From Clostridia bacterium (GTDB lineage Bacteria; Bacillota; Limnochordia; DTU080; RSA5): a stretch of DNA of 64,000 nt. Under the pieces are notes generated by a model. It was not told the DNA's origin. It saw nothing but the letters and a program-made list of their open reading frames with translations, and did not search any database. A program made the position numbers and the translations under genes. Positions 47,901 through 57,175 of this stretch are shown piece after piece. Location of the stretch: contig PKEX01000008.1 in assembly GCA_002919235.1 (NCBI GenBank), forward strand, positions 138,530 through 202,529, read 5' to 3'. How positions within the stretch are numbered: the first letter of the stretch is position 1; every line of letters starts with the position of its first letter.

Positions 47901-48149
47901 AGCGGCGTCGATCCCGTGGAGGCCGTCCACCGGGGCGCGGCGCAGCGGCTGCGGCCCATCCTGATGACCTCCATCACCACCGTGTTCGCCTTGATTCCCC
48001 TGATGTTCGCCGCTGGAAACGGGAGCGAGCTTCAGGGACCGATGGCGGTCGCGGTCATGGGCGGCCTGGTCTCGTCCACCGGGCTCACGCTCTTCGTCAT
48101 CCCCGGGCTGCTGGTCATGGCGGCCCGCCGCCCGATCTCCAGGGCGTAA
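44922..48149 (+). CDS. RND-superfamily efflux transporter permease (HAE1/AcrB-like)
   Basis: 1075 aa with 12 TM helices and two large loops (AcrB topology). The N-terminus MNLVRLSVRRPVAASMAVAVLVLFG is typical. Confidence 0.85.
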   Translation: MNLVRLSVRRPVAASMAVAVLVLFGAVALQGMPVDLLPDVELPIAAVVTIYPGADPATVEAAVTAPLEDVIATVPGLVRLRSTSAENVSIITAEFSWKADLQESLKQLENNVAVAASFLPAGIERPVVLRTDPSQYPVLMVAVSGPGDAVQVTRAVESYVKPRLQQLPGVAAVQVLGGAYEEIAVRYDSEALRQYGITPALLQQVIAAQNLVVPAGSAVDEGVRYHVKAGQVFTDLETLRNQPVALRQVSQEPLFPGLLAASQAIPVRLREVADVEVVERPREGLTRVNGEPAVILRVLKQSGANTVAVSRSVRAHLAQLERESELRFHPLTDHADLIGTSLGNLSSSAAIGAALAAGVLLFFLRSLGSVMVIGVAIPLSIAGAWVILRSFGVTLNMMSLGGLALAVGMLVDNSIVVLENIVRHRQLGKSRLEAAEAGGSEIAGAIVASTLTTVVVFLPILFVDSLAGVLFRDTGIAVAASLLVSVAVALTVVPLAASRWTGLSQRRAPAASRSPEPAASAGVLAGAALEAAAASELPGAPPAGALRLHRRLLEAYEKALAAWTRRPAATLAALALCLALILFVPGRLETEFLPATDGGLIVVNLRMPAGWSPEQVQRHVVELEQAILSLPEVETVATLAGDQGAEDLLARVSALGTNEAQLTVVLHPLSTGRRSSHQVAEAIFALPRDPAVEMAIESDRTAFALGDDFYPGLTVEFSGPDLAVLEQLAAGWAELLAGTGGFKNVTSTVRPGAPELFFRVTERSFQGMLGGGEPLTAGQVGLALRQHLTGVTATHVTLDGQRLPVVLRPSADEVESLDSIRAFRVPGAQLTSAGGQPILDRIAQVLEGESQGAILRRDRVRVATVRAELDGIGLGEAKARAERLLSSFPLPAGYQAQITGIHRVIDDSLGELGWVLVVAVALVYAVMAAQFESLGQPLVIMVTVPLAASGALLALWWSGRALGVPSLIGIVLLCGVAVNNAIVMIDAVNQLRRSGVDPVEAVHRGAAQRLRPILMTSITTVFALIPLMFAAGNGSELQGPMAVAVMGGLVSSTGLTLFVIPGLLVMAARRPISRA

Positions 48150-48365
48150 TCCCGCCCGGCATCGTCCCGCCCGCGGGGTCCCCTCCCGCGGGCGGACCGC
48201 GCAAGCCTCCGAAAGCCCCCTCCGGGGCGACTCGATCCTCCTCCCCGTGGGCACCGGTTCCCCGACCGCAGCATCGCCCCACGGCCGCCCGCTCACTCTC
48301 CGCACATAACCGTTTTCCTGCCAGCGCATCCTAAGAGTAGCCGCTCCCGCGAGGAGGGTTTCCCC

Positions 48366-48716
48366 TTGTCGATGACTGGGCACAGCATCTTCGGGATCTT
48401 CCAGCACCCGCAAGCCGCCCGCGACGCCGCCCGCCTCCTGCGCCAGGCGGGCTTCTCCCGGATCTGGCTCGAGCCCGCGGACTCTCACCTCGACGCAGAC
48501 CTGCATGTCCCGGGCCCGGAGATGGAGGCGCTTTACAGCTGGACCCCGGACACTGCGGTACACGGAGGCCTGGAGCCCCACGGCGCCGGCGGCTGGCCAT
48601 CGCCCGGAGCGGCTTCGCAGTGGTTCGTGGTCACCGAGACGGACGGGAGCGACACCCAGATTGAGCGGGCGGTGAAGATCATCAAGCTGCACGGCGGGCA
48701 CGTGGCGGAGACGTAA
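48366..48716 (+). CDS. YflT-like general stress protein (DUF1269)
   Basis: The SIFGIFQHPQAARDAARLLRQAGF N-terminal pattern resembles the YflT family. TTG/ATG start follows GAGGAGGG. Confidence 0.45.
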   Translation: MSMTGHSIFGIFQHPQAARDAARLLRQAGFSRIWLEPADSHLDADLHVPGPEMEALYSWTPDTAVHGGLEPHGAGGWPSPGAASQWFVVTETDGSDTQIERAVKIIKLHGGHVAET

Positions 48717-48743
48717 TCTCACGCAGAGGAGGAACCGTTCGTC

Positions 48744-48992
48744 ATGGCCGAGTGGCTTTTCTGGTGGACCCTGGCCGCCATGCTTTGGCTGGGCCACTGG
48801 TCCGGGGTCGGCGTGTTTCTCTCGGAGTTCAGCCGGGCCGCCGCGCTCTCGGGCGCCGCCGCGCTGATGATCCCGGGCTCCATCGAGGCGCAGCTTCACC
48901 TCTTCCTGGCCGCCGCTCTGGCCCAGTGTGTCCTAGCCCGCCTGGTTCGCACCCGCCGCCCGCCCGCACCCCACCGGCCGCCCCGGGGGTGA
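48744..48992 (+). CDS. Small membrane protein (82 aa)
   Basis: Two hydrophobic helices. The stop overlaps the GTG start of the PBP gene (GTGA). Confidence 0.5.
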   Translation: MAEWLFWWTLAAMLWLGHWSGVGVFLSEFSRAAALSGAAALMIPGSIEAQLHLFLAAALAQCVLARLVRTRRPPAPHRPPRG

Positions 48993-51061
48993 AGCCGGTG
49001 CCTCTGCGGCGCCGCCTTGCCTCGGCCGTTTTTCTCCTGCTGCTGGCGGCCGTGCTGGCGACGGCGGCGCGCGGGTACTTCCTCCTCCGCCGTTTTGAAT
49101 CGGAGAGAGTTTTCGCCGGCGCGGCGCTGCTCGACATCGACGGGAACGTCTTCGCCACGGCCGGGAAAGGAGCCGGTCTCTACGTGCCGTTGGACGGCGT
49201 CCCGCCGCACGTGGTCGACGCCGTCGTGGCCATTGAGGACGCCCGCTTCTGGCAGCACCCGGGGCTCGATCCCATCGGCATCGCCCGGGCGCTCCTCGTC
49301 AACCTGCGCCGGGGGCGCCCCGCGCAAGGCGCCAGCACCATCACCCAGCAGCTGGCCCGCAACCTCTTCCTCACGCCTGAAAAGACGATCCTCCGCAAAG
49401 TGCAGGAAGCCGTCTACGCCCTGGTCCTGGAAGCCCGCTACAGCAAGCAGGAGATCCTGGAGCTCTACCTCAACGAGGCGTATTTCGGCGAAGGGGCCTA
49501 CGGCATCGCGGCGGCCTCCCAGGTCTACTTCGGCAAGCCGGCGGAAAGCCTCACGCTGGCCGAAGGAGCGCTCCTGGCCGGCCTGCTCCAGGCGCCTTCC
49601 CGCTACACGCCGTACCGCAACCCCGAAGGCGCCCGCGACCGGCGCGACGTGGTCCTGGCCCGCATGGAGGAGCTGGGAATGATCGGGCCCCGGGAGCGGG
49701 CGGCGGCACAGCAGGAGCCGGTCGCCTTGGCCCCGCGGCGGGCGGGCAGGGCTCCCTACTTCGCCGACTACGTCGCCGCGTGGCTGCGGGAGCGTTTCGA
49801 CGCCGCCACCCTTTCCCGGGCCGGGCTGCGGGTGCGCACCACCCTGGACCCCCGGGTGCAGGAGGCCGCCGAGAAAGCCCTGGGGGATCACCAGGGGGCC
49901 ATCGTGGTCCTGGACGTGGCCACCGGAGCGATCCGGGCGATGGTGGGCGGCCGGGATTACCGGGAGAGCCAGTTCAACCGGGCGGTGGATGCGGTGCGCC
50001 AGCCCGGATCGGCGTTCAAGCCCTTCGTCTTCGCGGCCGCCCTGGAGCGGGGCTGGCAGATGAACCACCTGGTCGAGGATGTGCCCCGCTCCTACGGAGG
50101 GTATGCGCCCCGCAACTTCCGCGACGAGTACTGGGGCCCCGTCACCATGAAGCAGGCCTTGTCCCGCTCCCTCAACAACGGCGCCGTATGGCTCCTGCGG
50201 GAGATTGGCGTCACCGCCGGGGTGGAGATGGCGGAACGCTTGGGCATCTCCACCCTGACCCCCGACGACCGCCACCTGGGGTTGGCTTTGGGCGGGCTCA
50301 AGTACGGGACGACGCCGCTGGAGATGGCCGCCGCGTACCTTCCCTTCGCCAGCGGGGGCATCCGGCGGGAGCCCTTCGCTGTCCTGGAGGTGACGGATGC
50401 TTCAGGCAAGGTGTACTACCGCCACCGCCCGGCGTCCCGCCGGGTGCTGTCGGAAGAGGTGGCCTACTTCATCACCGACATGCTGCGGGAGGCGGTGGAG
50501 CGGGGCACCGGGACTGCGGCCGCCATCGGACGGCCGCAGGCGGGCAAGACCGGCACCGCCGACCACCAGGTCAGCGCGTGGTTCGTCGGCTACACCCCGG
50601 AGCTGGTGGCCAGCGTGTACGTGGGAAACGACGACGGCTCGCCTCTTTCCGGAGGCGGCGGAACGCTGGCGGCGCCCATCTGGGGCCGGTTGATGGCGGA
50701 AGCCCTTCGCGGCCGGCCCGTTCAGGATTTCCCGGTGCCCGACTACGTCGTCACGAGCGTGCCCGTCGACTTTCGCACCGGGCTCCTGGCCGGCGAGGGC
50801 TGTCCCCACCGGGAGATGGACGCCTTCGTGGTGGGACGGGCCCCCACCGAGTATTCCCCTTGCGCCTGGACCCGGGTGAACCCCCCGCCGGATGCCGGCC
50901 CCCTGCCCGGCCCCGCCGCGGATCCCGGGGCAGGTGCCGAGCGAGAAGCCGGAGAGCCCCTGCCGCCCGGCCAGTCCCGCCCCGGAGACAGATGGGAGGA
51001 TTATCCAGAAATCCCCCTCCCTCAAGGAGGCTCTGTCTCCAGAATGTCGAATTCTATCTAA
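48989..51061 (+). CDS. Class A penicillin-binding protein (transglycosylase plus transpeptidase) with Pro-rich C-terminal tail
   Basis: GT51 motifs EDARFWQHPG and GASTITQQ. Transpeptidase motifs SAFKPF, SLNN and KTGT. N-terminal TM anchor. Confidence 0.85.
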   Translation: MKPVPLRRRLASAVFLLLLAAVLATAARGYFLLRRFESERVFAGAALLDIDGNVFATAGKGAGLYVPLDGVPPHVVDAVVAIEDARFWQHPGLDPIGIARALLVNLRRGRPAQGASTITQQLARNLFLTPEKTILRKVQEAVYALVLEARYSKQEILELYLNEAYFGEGAYGIAAASQVYFGKPAESLTLAEGALLAGLLQAPSRYTPYRNPEGARDRRDVVLARMEELGMIGPRERAAAQQEPVALAPRRAGRAPYFADYVAAWLRERFDAATLSRAGLRVRTTLDPRVQEAAEKALGDHQGAIVVLDVATGAIRAMVGGRDYRESQFNRAVDAVRQPGSAFKPFVFAAALERGWQMNHLVEDVPRSYGGYAPRNFRDEYWGPVTMKQALSRSLNNGAVWLLREIGVTAGVEMAERLGISTLTPDDRHLGLALGGLKYGTTPLEMAAAYLPFASGGIRREPFAVLEVTDASGKVYYRHRPASRRVLSEEVAYFITDMLREAVERGTGTAAAIGRPQAGKTGTADHQVSAWFVGYTPELVASVYVGNDDGSPLSGGGGTLAAPIWGRLMAEALRGRPVQDFPVPDYVVTSVPVDFRTGLLAGEGCPHREMDAFVVGRAPTEYSPCAWTRVNPPPDAGPLPGPAADPGAGAEREAGEPLPPGQSRPGDRWEDYPEIPLPQGGSVSRMSNSI

Positions 51062-51112
51062 ATCGAACAGCGTTTCTTGCAGAGCCGTTTCCGGGGGGAG
51101 GCAGCGCGCGCG

Positions 51113-52360
51113 ATGGCGGCGCCCTTGAGGTTCTGGGTGCTCACGACTGCCGGCCCGGCGTCCGTGCAGCCCATCAGCCGGATGATCGAAGCTTTTTCCA
51201 GGCGCAGCGGCGTGCCGGTGGAACTCCGGGCCATTCCGTGGGGCCGGGGGTGGAGGGCGCTGACCCGGGCCATCAAGAGGCGGGACCTTCCCGACGTCAT
51301 GCACATCGGGTCGACGTGGATCGCGACCCTGGCCCATCTCGATCTGCTGGCGGAAGCGCCCCGCGGCGTGTGGACGCAGCCGACCGTCGCCCCGTGGGTG
51401 GACGAGGCCGCATTGGCGGGCGGCGTCGCCTGGGCCGTGCCGTGGACGGTGGAGTGCAACGTCCTCATCGGCCGCACCGATCTCCTGGAAGCGGCGGGGG
51501 TGGCGCCCGAAGAGTTTTCCGACTGGGACGGCTTTCTCCAGGTCTGCCGGCGCCTCGACGGCATGGGGCGCTCCGGGGACGGCCCGCTCAAAGGCATCCT
51601 CCCCGTGGCCGTCCACTCCCGGCCGGACTCCGTCACCCTCCACTGGGCGACGCCGTGGCTCTGGTCCGGCGGGTGGCGGCTGGACCGAGAGACACTGGTC
51701 CACGGCGTGGTGCTCCGCGACGAGAGCGCCGAGCCGGGGCTGCAGTTTATCGCGGAGCTTTTCAAGACCAGCCCACTGCTGCCGGAGATGGCCGATACGT
51801 CCAGCTTCCGCGTGGCGCTGGACTTCTTTGAGGCCGGCCGGTACGTCTTTTACTCCAGCCATTCGGTGCACTTTTTCAGACCGCTGGTGCAGGCAGGCCC
51901 CGGTGAACGCCCGTCCCGCTGGCCCATGGCCATGTTTCCGCTGCCCCGGGGCCCGGCCGGATCCCTGACGCGCGGGGGCGGCTCGTTTCTGGCCGTCTCC
52001 CGGACGTCGAAGCAGCCGGCCGTCGCATGGGAGCTGGTCCGCTTTCTCACCGAGGACCAGCAGCTGACGGAGCTGGCCCTGGTCACCGGAGAGCTGCCCG
52101 CGCTCCAGGGCACCTTTTGGAGCCAGTACGCGCACCACCCGGCCCACCGGGAGGTCTTACAGATGCTGCGCAACGCCCGGGCCTATCCCCCGCACCCGCT
52201 GTGGCGGACGGTAGAGTCGCTGCTGGTGAACGGGATCGGCGAGATCTGCTGGCGATTTGCCCGCGGCCAGGGATACGACGCCGCCCTGCAGTCTTTGACG
52301 GCTCAAATCGATCAGCGGATCCAGAACCTACTTCGACTCGGCTGGGAGGTGTCGGCGTGA
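51113..52360 (+). CDS. Extracellular-solute-binding-protein-like (SBP_bac_1 / MalE-like fold) protein with no evident signal peptide
   Basis: ATG at 51113 lies 11 nt after GGGGGGAGG. The sequence matches sugar-SBP family patterns but the N-terminus is not hydrophobic. The stop overlaps the downstream GTG (GTGA). Confidence 0.6.
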   Translation: MAAPLRFWVLTTAGPASVQPISRMIEAFSRRSGVPVELRAIPWGRGWRALTRAIKRRDLPDVMHIGSTWIATLAHLDLLAEAPRGVWTQPTVAPWVDEAALAGGVAWAVPWTVECNVLIGRTDLLEAAGVAPEEFSDWDGFLQVCRRLDGMGRSGDGPLKGILPVAVHSRPDSVTLHWATPWLWSGGWRLDRETLVHGVVLRDESAEPGLQFIAELFKTSPLLPEMADTSSFRVALDFFEAGRYVFYSSHSVHFFRPLVQAGPGERPSRWPMAMFPLPRGPAGSLTRGGGSFLAVSRTSKQPAVAWELVRFLTEDQQLTELALVTGELPALQGTFWSQYAHHPAHREVLQMLRNARAYPPHPLWRTVESLLVNGIGEICWRFARGQGYDAALQSLTAQIDQRIQNLLRLGWEVSA

Positions 52361-53775
52361 GGCTCGTCGATCCCACCCAGGCCGCCGCTTTGGGCGCCCG
52401 GGCCGGCCTGGCCCTTTGCCAAGGCGACGCGACGTACCGGGCGTTTTGGCGGGCCGCCGAGGTGATCCTGCAGCCTCTTTCCCACACCTTCGAACAAGTG
52501 AGCATTTTCGTCGCCGACCCGCAGGAGGACGTGTTCCACGAGGAAGCCATCGCCGGTCCCGACGGCGGCCAAGGCTCGGACGAGCTTCCCATGTACCAGC
52601 TCCCCGACGCCCTGCTCAAGGACGGCCGGGTGGTGGAACGCTCCCGGGGCCCCTACCGCCAGCTGCTGGCCCCCATCCGCCTGGCCGGCCAGCTCATCGG
52701 GCTCTTGTCGCTCACATCCCGGGCTGGCGCCACCCCGGCGCAGCTGGACGCGGTGGCCGCGCTGGCCGATGCGCTGGCTCCGGGCGTCGGGTACGCGTTG
52801 CAGCGGCGCGCGGCGGAGCAGGCTCTCTCCGTGATGCACGCGGCGGCCAAGATGAGCCGGGAACTGGTGGGGGTCAGCGGGTTTTCTCCCGACCGCCTCC
52901 TCTACCGGTTCGTCTCCCTGGTGGTGGAACAGCTCAAATTCGACCGGGCGACGCTGGTGGTCTTCTCCGAAGAACAGGCGGCGCCGGCCCGGGTCATCTG
53001 CGCGTCCCTGGGACGTCCTCCCACCGAGATCAACCCTGAGCGGCTGCCGCCTATCCCGCATCTGATCACCGACGATCCTCTTCCGGTGCAGGACGTGCCG
53101 GGGGTGTGGATCCCCATCAACTTAGGCCGGCAGCGGCTGGGAGCGCTGCTCGCGGACAACCTGTACTCCCTGGAGACGCCGTCCCGGGAGACCATCCAGT
53201 CGCTCATCGATCTCACGGGCCAGGTGGCGCTCTCGCTGGAAAACGTCCGCCTGTTCGAACGGCTTCAGGCCATGGCGCTGCGCGACGACCTCACGGGCCT
53301 CTTCCGTCCCGGGTACTTTTACGAACGGCTCCAGGAGGAACTGGCCCGCCTTGAGCAGGATGGCGAGCCCGCGGCGCTGATCTTCATCGACCTGGACGAT
53401 TTCAAGGCCGTCAACGACACCTACGGCCACCGGGCGGGCGACGCCTTGCTGGTGCAGGTGGCTCAGGAGCTCAAGTCGGGACTTCGGCCCCGCGACGTGG
53501 TCTGCCGCATGGGCGGGGACGAGTTCATCGTCTTCCTCCCCCGGGTGAAAGAGACGGACGCCGTGGCCATCGCGCAGCGGGTCTGCGACCGGATCGCCCG
53601 CAAGGAGTACGTCCTCCCCGACGGGGCACGGGCGCGCGTCCGGGTCAGCGCCGGGGTCTCTCTCTACCCCCAGAACGCCCGCGACTGGCAGAAGCTGATC
53701 CACCGCGCCGACCAGGCTATGTATTTCGCCAAGCGCAGCGGCAAGGGGCGGGTGTACACCGCTGCGCTCACGTGA
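52357..53775 (+). CDS. Diguanylate cyclase with two GAF domains and an intact GGDEF domain
   Basis: RMGGDEFIV active-site motif. Inhibitory site RxxD (RPRD). GTG at 52357 lies 6 nt after GGGAGGTG. Confidence 0.8.
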   Translation: MRLVDPTQAAALGARAGLALCQGDATYRAFWRAAEVILQPLSHTFEQVSIFVADPQEDVFHEEAIAGPDGGQGSDELPMYQLPDALLKDGRVVERSRGPYRQLLAPIRLAGQLIGLLSLTSRAGATPAQLDAVAALADALAPGVGYALQRRAAEQALSVMHAAAKMSRELVGVSGFSPDRLLYRFVSLVVEQLKFDRATLVVFSEEQAAPARVICASLGRPPTEINPERLPPIPHLITDDPLPVQDVPGVWIPINLGRQRLGALLADNLYSLETPSRETIQSLIDLTGQVALSLENVRLFERLQAMALRDDLTGLFRPGYFYERLQEELARLEQDGEPAALIFIDLDDFKAVNDTYGHRAGDALLVQVAQELKSGLRPRDVVCRMGGDEFIVFLPRVKETDAVAIAQRVCDRIARKEYVLPDGARARVRVSAGVSLYPQNARDWQKLIHRADQAMYFAKRSGKGRVYTAALT

Positions 53776-53807
53776 GCCGGTGCCGGGACCGCCCAAATGG
53801 AGGAAGA

Positions 53808-53837
53808 AAAAACCCGCCCCCTTTCCGGAGCGGGTTT
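53808..53837. terminator. Bidirectional intrinsic terminator (AAACCCGC...GCGGGTTT hairpin flanked by an A-tract and a T-tract)
   Basis: Sits between convergent genes: the diguanylate cyclase gene and rpsI. Confidence 0.7.
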
Positions 53838-53857
53838 CGCGGCGTTCCGTCTCCAAA

Positions 53858-54259
53858 TCAGCGTTTCGAGAACTGGGGTGCCTTGCGGGCCTTCTTGAGG
53901 CCGTACTTGCGGCGCTCCTTCATACGGGGATCGCGCGTCAAAAACCCGGCCCGCTTCAAGGGGACCCGGAACTCGGGATCCACGTCGAGAAGGGCCCGCG
54001 CGATGCCGTGCCGGATCGCCCCCGCCTGGCCGGCTGGACCGCCGCCTCTCACGATGGCGATGACGTCATAGCGGTCCTCCACCTTCACCGTCGCCAGGGG
54101 AGCGCGGACCATATGCTCCAGGATCGGCCGGTTGAAATACTCCTCCAGCGTCTTGCCGTTGATGATGATCCGACCGTTTCCAGGAACCAGGCGGACCCGG
54201 GCCACTGCCGTCTTGCGCCGGCCGGTGCCGTAAAGCTGCTCCGTAGCGATGGCCATCAC
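53858..54259 (-). CDS. rpsI: 30S ribosomal protein S9
   Basis: [19 protein letters not shown]...[16 protein letters not shown]. Confidence 0.95.
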   Translation of the reverse strand: MMAIATEQLYGTGRRKTAVARVRLVPGNGRIIINGKTLEEYFNRPILEHMVRAPLATVKVEDRYDVIAIVRGGGPAGQAGAIRHGIARALLDVDPEFRVPLKRAGFLTRDPRMKERRKYGLKKARKAPQFSKR

Positions 54260-54275
54260 AAGCCTCCTTTCCTAA

Positions 54276-54713
54276 CTAGCCCTCGACAGCGACGGGCTCA
54301 GGCTTTTGCGCCTCATGGGGATGATCGGGTCCAGCGTACACCTTGAGCTTGCGGAACTGCCTCCGGCCCAGCCGGTTATGGGGGAGCATTCCCCAGACGG
54401 CCAGCTCCACCATGCGTTCGGGCTGGGTCTCGAGCATCTGGGCCGCCGTGCGCATCTTCAAGCCGCCGGGATACCGCGAGTGCCGGTAATAGATCTTCTG
54501 CTCGCGCTTTTTCCCGGAGAGGCGGACCTGGCTGGCGTTGACGACGATCACGTAGTCCCCGCTGTCAATGTGGGGCGTGTAGGTAGGCTTGTGCTTGCCC
54601 CGCAAGATCGCGGCCACCTGGCTTGCCAGGCGCCCGAGCGTCTTTCCCCGGGCGTCGACGATGTACCACTTCTTGTCGACGTCCTGCTCCTTTGCCATGT
54701 ATGTCCGTTGCAA
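54276..54713 (-). CDS. rplM: 50S ribosomal protein L13
   Basis: [38 protein letters not shown] start at 54713 (5 nt after GAGGGGGAAG) gives the MQRTYMAK N-terminus like B. subtilis L13. Alternative ATG at 54698. Confidence 0.92.
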   Translation of the reverse strand: MQRTYMAKEQDVDKKWYIVDARGKTLGRLASQVAAILRGKHKPTYTPHIDSGDYVIVVNASQVRLSGKKREQKIYYRHSRYPGGLKMRTAAQMLETQPERMVELAVWGMLPHNRLGRRQFRKLKVYAGPDHPHEAQKPEPVAVEG

Positions 54714-54832
54714 CGCGTCTTCCCCCTCAGCTTGCGTCTGCCAGATCCCGTTCGACGTCACGGGGGATCGAAGGGAAAGCGGCAGCCATGACCCTAGGCA
54801 TAGTCCGCGTTCCATTCTAATATACGGCGAAT

Positions 54833-55621
54833 CTAAGTGTCAAGGCGAAGACCCTGTCTCTCCCCCGGCGTCCCCGGCGGGTAAGCCACCCACATGAGCG
54901 TCAGCCCTTTGCCGGGAAGCGTGGGCCCTGCCATCCGGCGGTCTTTGGAAGCCAGCACCTCCCGCACCCACTCGGGATCCCGCTTGCCCTTGCCCACCTC
55001 TACCAGAGTCCCGGCGATGATTCGCACCATGTGAAAGAGAAAGCCGTCGGCCTCCAAGGTGATGGCCACCAGGCCGTCCCGGGCCGTGACGTCGCAGCGG
55101 GTCACCGTCCGCACCGTGCTGCGCCCGGCGTGGCCGGAGCCGGCAAAGGCCTTGAAGTCGTGGCGCCCTACCAGGTACTGGGCGGCCCGGTCCATCGCCT
55201 CGACGTCCAAAGGGCGGGAGACGAAGTGGGTGTAGTGCCGCAGCAGGGGCGAGGGAAACGGGCGGTTGTCGATGCGGTAGACGTACTGCTTCGCCACCGC
55301 CCAGTAACGGGCGTGAAACTCCAGCGGCACCTCGACCGCCCCTACTACCCGGATGTCCGGCGGCAGCACGCCGTTCATCGCGTAGGGGACTCGCTCCGCC
55401 GGGATGGCGTCCGAGGCGGTCCTGAAGTTGACCACCTGTCCTTCCGCATGCACCCCGGCATCGGTCCGGCCGGCGCCGATCACCTTCACGCGCTCGCCCA
55501 CCAGGCGTTCCCACGCCCGCTCCAGCTCCCTTTGGATGGTGGGGCGGTCACTGAGGCCCTGGTCCTGAAAACCGTGGTAGTGGGTGCCGTCGTACGCCAC
55601 CGTCAGCTTCAGGTTCCGCAC
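54833..55621 (-). CDS. truA: tRNA pseudouridine(38-40) synthase
   Basis: [10 protein letters not shown] and [11 protein letters not shown] (catalytic Asp) motifs. GTG start at 55621. Confidence 0.9.
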   Translation of the reverse strand: MRNLKLTVAYDGTHYHGFQDQGLSDRPTIQRELERAWERLVGERVKVIGAGRTDAGVHAEGQVVNFRTASDAIPAERVPYAMNGVLPPDIRVVGAVEVPLEFHARYWAVAKQYVYRIDNRPFPSPLLRHYTHFVSRPLDVEAMDRAAQYLVGRHDFKAFAGSGHAGRSTVRTVTRCDVTARDGLVAITLEADGFLFHMVRIIAGTLVEVGKGKRDPEWVREVLASKDRRMAGPTLPGKGLTLMWVAYPPGTPGERQGLRLDT

Positions 55622-55761
55622 CGTGCCGTCCTCACCCCGTCCCGGAAGCCCCCCGCCGCACAGGGCCGCGCCGGCGGCACGCACGACAAAAGCGGCGGAA
55701 GCTCCGCCGCCCTGCCTTCCCCTGTGCGATCACGCCCGGCAAAACGCCCCGCGCCCGGCGG

Positions 55762-56100
55762 TCAGACCAGCTCCAAGATGGACATGGGCGCGGCGTCTCC
55801 CCGGCGCGGTCCGAGCTTGAGCAGCCGGGTGTATCCGCCGCTGCGATCCCGGTAGCGGGGCGCCACCTCGTCAAACAGCTTGCGAACCGCTTCAGGGTTG
55901 TTGAGAAACGCCGCCGCTTGCCGCCTTGCGTGCAGATCGCCCCGCTTGCCCAGGGTGATCATCTTGTCCACCAGCGGCTTGGCCGCCCTAGCCTTCCCTT
56001 CGGTCGTCTGGATCCTCCCATGGAGCACGACGGATGCCACAAGCCCGCGCAGCACCGCCTTGCGGTGCCCCTGGGTGCGTCCGAGCTTTTGCAAGGCCAT
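55762..56100 (-). CDS. rplQ: 50S ribosomal protein L17
   Basis: [14 protein letters not shown]...[15 protein letters not shown]. Confidence 0.95.
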   Translation of the reverse strand: MALQKLGRTQGHRKAVLRGLVASVVLHGRIQTTEGKARAAKPLVDKMITLGKRGDLHARRQAAAFLNNPEAVRKLFDEVAPRYRDRSGGYTRLLKLGPRRGDAAPMSILELV

Positions 56101-56143
56101 GGCGACGACCTCCTTCTTCTGAAAATCATACCGGCACGACCCT

Positions 56144-57085
56144 TCAGTCGTCCGACGAGCGCAGGCTCAGGTTGAGCGCTGCCAGCTTTTCCTTGACTTC
56201 CTGGAGCGACTTCTTCCCCAGGTTCCTTACCTTCATCATGTCCTCTTCGGTCCTGCGGACGAGCTCCTCCACGGTGTTGATCCCCGCCCGCTTCAAGCAG
56301 TTGTACGAGCGGACCGAAAGATCCAGCTCTTCGATGGTCATCTCCAGGAGGCGGTTGCGCTCCTCGTCTTCCTTTTCGACCATGATCTCGACGCCCTCGG
56401 TGTTCTCGCCGAGGCCCACGAAGATCCGCAAATGCTCCGTGAGGATCTTGGCCGAAAGGCTCACCGCCTCGTTGGGAGCGATGCTGCCGTCCGTCCACAC
56501 CTCGAGGATCAGCCGGTCAAAGTCGGTCTGCTGCCCGACCCGGGTGTCTTCCACCTTGAAGTTCACCCGGCGCACCGGCGTAAAGATCGAGTCCACCGCG
56601 ATGACGCCGATGGGCTGGTCCGGCTTCTTGTTGCGGTCCGCGGAGACGTACCCCCGCCCCTTCGCCACGGTCACCTCCATCTCGAGCCGTCCGTCCTTCG
56701 CCAGCGTCGCGATGTGGAGGTCCGGGTTGAGGATCTCGACGGTGCTCGGCGTCTCGAAGTCGCCCGCGGTCACCTCGCCCTCGCCCTCGGCCACAAGGCG
56801 GATGGTGGCGGGCTCGTCCTGGTGGAGCTTGACCAGGAGCTCCTTCAGGTTGAGGATGATCTCGGTGGTGTCCTCCACCACGCCCTTAATCGTGGAAAAC
56901 TCGTGCAGCACGCCGTCGATGCGGACCGAGGTCACCGCCGCCCCCGGAAGGGACGAGAGCAGGATGCGCCTGAGAGAGTTGCCGAGCGTGATCCCATACC
57001 CGCGCTCGAGCGGTTCGACGACAAACCTCCCGTAGGTCTCGGTCATCTCTTCCGTCTCGATCTTGGGCTTCTGAATTTCGATCAT
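56144..57085 (-). CDS. rpoA: DNA-directed RNA polymerase alpha subunit
   Basis: [14 protein letters not shown] and the C-terminal domain [14 protein letters not shown]. Confidence 0.95.
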   Translation of the reverse strand: MIEIQKPKIETEEMTETYGRFVVEPLERGYGITLGNSLRRILLSSLPGAAVTSVRIDGVLHEFSTIKGVVEDTTEIILNLKELLVKLHQDEPATIRLVAEGEGEVTAGDFETPSTVEILNPDLHIATLAKDGRLEMEVTVAKGRGYVSADRNKKPDQPIGVIAVDSIFTPVRRVNFKVEDTRVGQQTDFDRLILEVWTDGSIAPNEAVSLSAKILTEHLRIFVGLGENTEGVEIMVEKEDEERNRLLEMTIEELDLSVRSYNCLKRAGINTVEELVRRTEEDMMKVRNLGKKSLQEVKEKLAALNLSLRSSDD

Positions 57086-57175
57086 AGTCCCGAAACCCTC
57101 CTTGTCGTGACGAGTAGGAGACGGCGAACGCCCGGCCCGCATCATCCCGCGCGCCCGTCTCGCTCACGTCATGGA

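Noticed and set aside
48160-48190. GC hairpin CCGCCCGCGGG...CCCGCGGGCGG after the RND gene as an intrinsic terminator
   Set aside because: The stem is perfect but not followed by a U-tract. It may be a structural or Rho-dependent element, not a classical terminator, so it was not listed as a feature.
51030-51062. GAATTC-centred quasi-repeat TCGAATTCTATCTAAATCGAA after the PBP gene
   Set aside because: It is short, not a true inverted repeat and has no T-tract. Likely chance.
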